Shown: piece by piece, positions 51,401-51,881 of the stretch
Numbering within the stretch: position 1 is the stretch's first letter
How the letters are laid out: each line of letters begins with the position of its first letter
Source: Candidatus Zixiibacteriota bacterium
GTDB taxonomy: Bacteria; Zixibacteria; MSB-5A5; UBA10806; 4484-95
Reading direction: 5' to 3'
Length of the DNA: 51,881 nucleotides
Assembly: GCA_029932605.1 (NCBI GenBank)
Contig: JAOZPT010000012.1
Location: 1 to 51,881 of the forward strand
The notes under the pieces: generated by a model
The model's input: only the letters and a program-made list of their open reading frames with translations
The model's database searches: none
Told to the model about the DNA's origin: nothing
Program-made: the position numbers and the translations under genes

Positions 51401-51687
51401 TTTGACTTATTAAAATATCAGGCTTTTTTCATAGTTGATGATTTTTTCAAATCGTCAAGCAAAGATGAATTACCGAATCTTTATAAGTCACAACTGGGCT
51501 CGGTTTTGTTTTTAACGACAGGTTTAAAGGAAATCATTCTTAACCCGACTAGTTCATAAACATATTTCAACGTTTTAGTAATAGGTTGCTAATTCATTTG
51601 ATTGTAATTACTAACATCAAGGATATGGAACCCATTGAAATTACGGTGTGTTTTTAATTTGTCTAAAAATATTTAATTGTTGGCAAT

Positions 51688-51737
51688 GTAGCACAGGCAT
51701 CTTTGCCAGTGATTCTTGGGCAATATGCCCAAGCCAC
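51688..51737 (+). repeat. Degenerate GTAG-initiated REP-like element
   Basis: GTAGCACAGGCATCTTTGCCAGTG-att-CTTGGGCAATATGCCCAAG-CCAC, two hairpins. Confidence 0.45.
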
Positions 51738-51789
51738 TTCTTAAAATGAAATAGTTTATAAATAAACAGGTTGTTTGTATTTTTATATT

Positions 51790-51822
51790 AAAAAAGGGGC
51801 TTATTGCACAATAAGCCCCTAC
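51790..51822 (-). terminator. Intrinsic terminator (GTAG-initiated hairpin)
   Basis: Minus strand GTAGGGGCTTATTG-TG-CAATAAGCCCC-TTTTTT. Confidence 0.85.
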
Positions 51823-51837
51823 AGAGGTTTCGTAAAG

Positions 51838-51881
51838 CTACTTTATCAACGTTACCCTGGCTGTTTTCGTCATTTCACCGC
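51838..51881 (-). CDS. 3' end of a gene truncated by the window edge, ending in a T9SS/FlgD-like C-terminus
   Basis: Minus frame GEMTKTARVTLIK* just upstream of the terminator; resembles the other '..LLK' termini. Confidence 0.6.
   Translation of the reverse strand, partial: GEMTKTARVTLIK

Overview
A 51.9-kb, AT-rich (~38% GC by eye) chromosomal window from an anaerobic diderm bacterium. Three proteins carry or end in 'QNYPNPFN..LLK'-type C-terminal domains, which suggests Zixibacteria or another FCB-affiliated lineage (inference only). In order it holds: a DedA/VTT-radical SAM fusion, nnr, a GT-C glycosyltransferase, a nucleotidyltransferase, cobB, tRNA-Asn(GTT) and an SDR epimerase; a three-gene phosphorelay and a 10-gene type IV pilus/T2SS-like operon (MshEN ATPase, three nested GspG-like pilins, PilMN fusion, secretin), both preceded by sigma28-like boxes; a secreted protein divergent from a TPR protein / small secreted peptide / divergent ECF-like sigma factor triad; small housekeeping genes, including moxR with a duplicated 3' end; a 10-kb redox operon (Cys-rich protein, DRTGG regulators, sensory-type [FeFe]-hydrogenase-like protein, HydC/HydB, an FdhA/NuoG-like subunit without its Mo ligand, NfnAB); then a DUF2934 protein, a Tat-signal phytoene-desaturase-family protein, a beta-CASP nuclease, a racemase and an FG-GAP/ASPIC protein. 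I found no integrase, transposase or CRISPR array. The best novelty candidates are the TPR-peptide-sigma triad (possible Rap/Phr-like peptide signalling coupled to a sigma factor) and the redox operon with two putative bifurcating modules. All calls come from reading motifs; no database searches were run.
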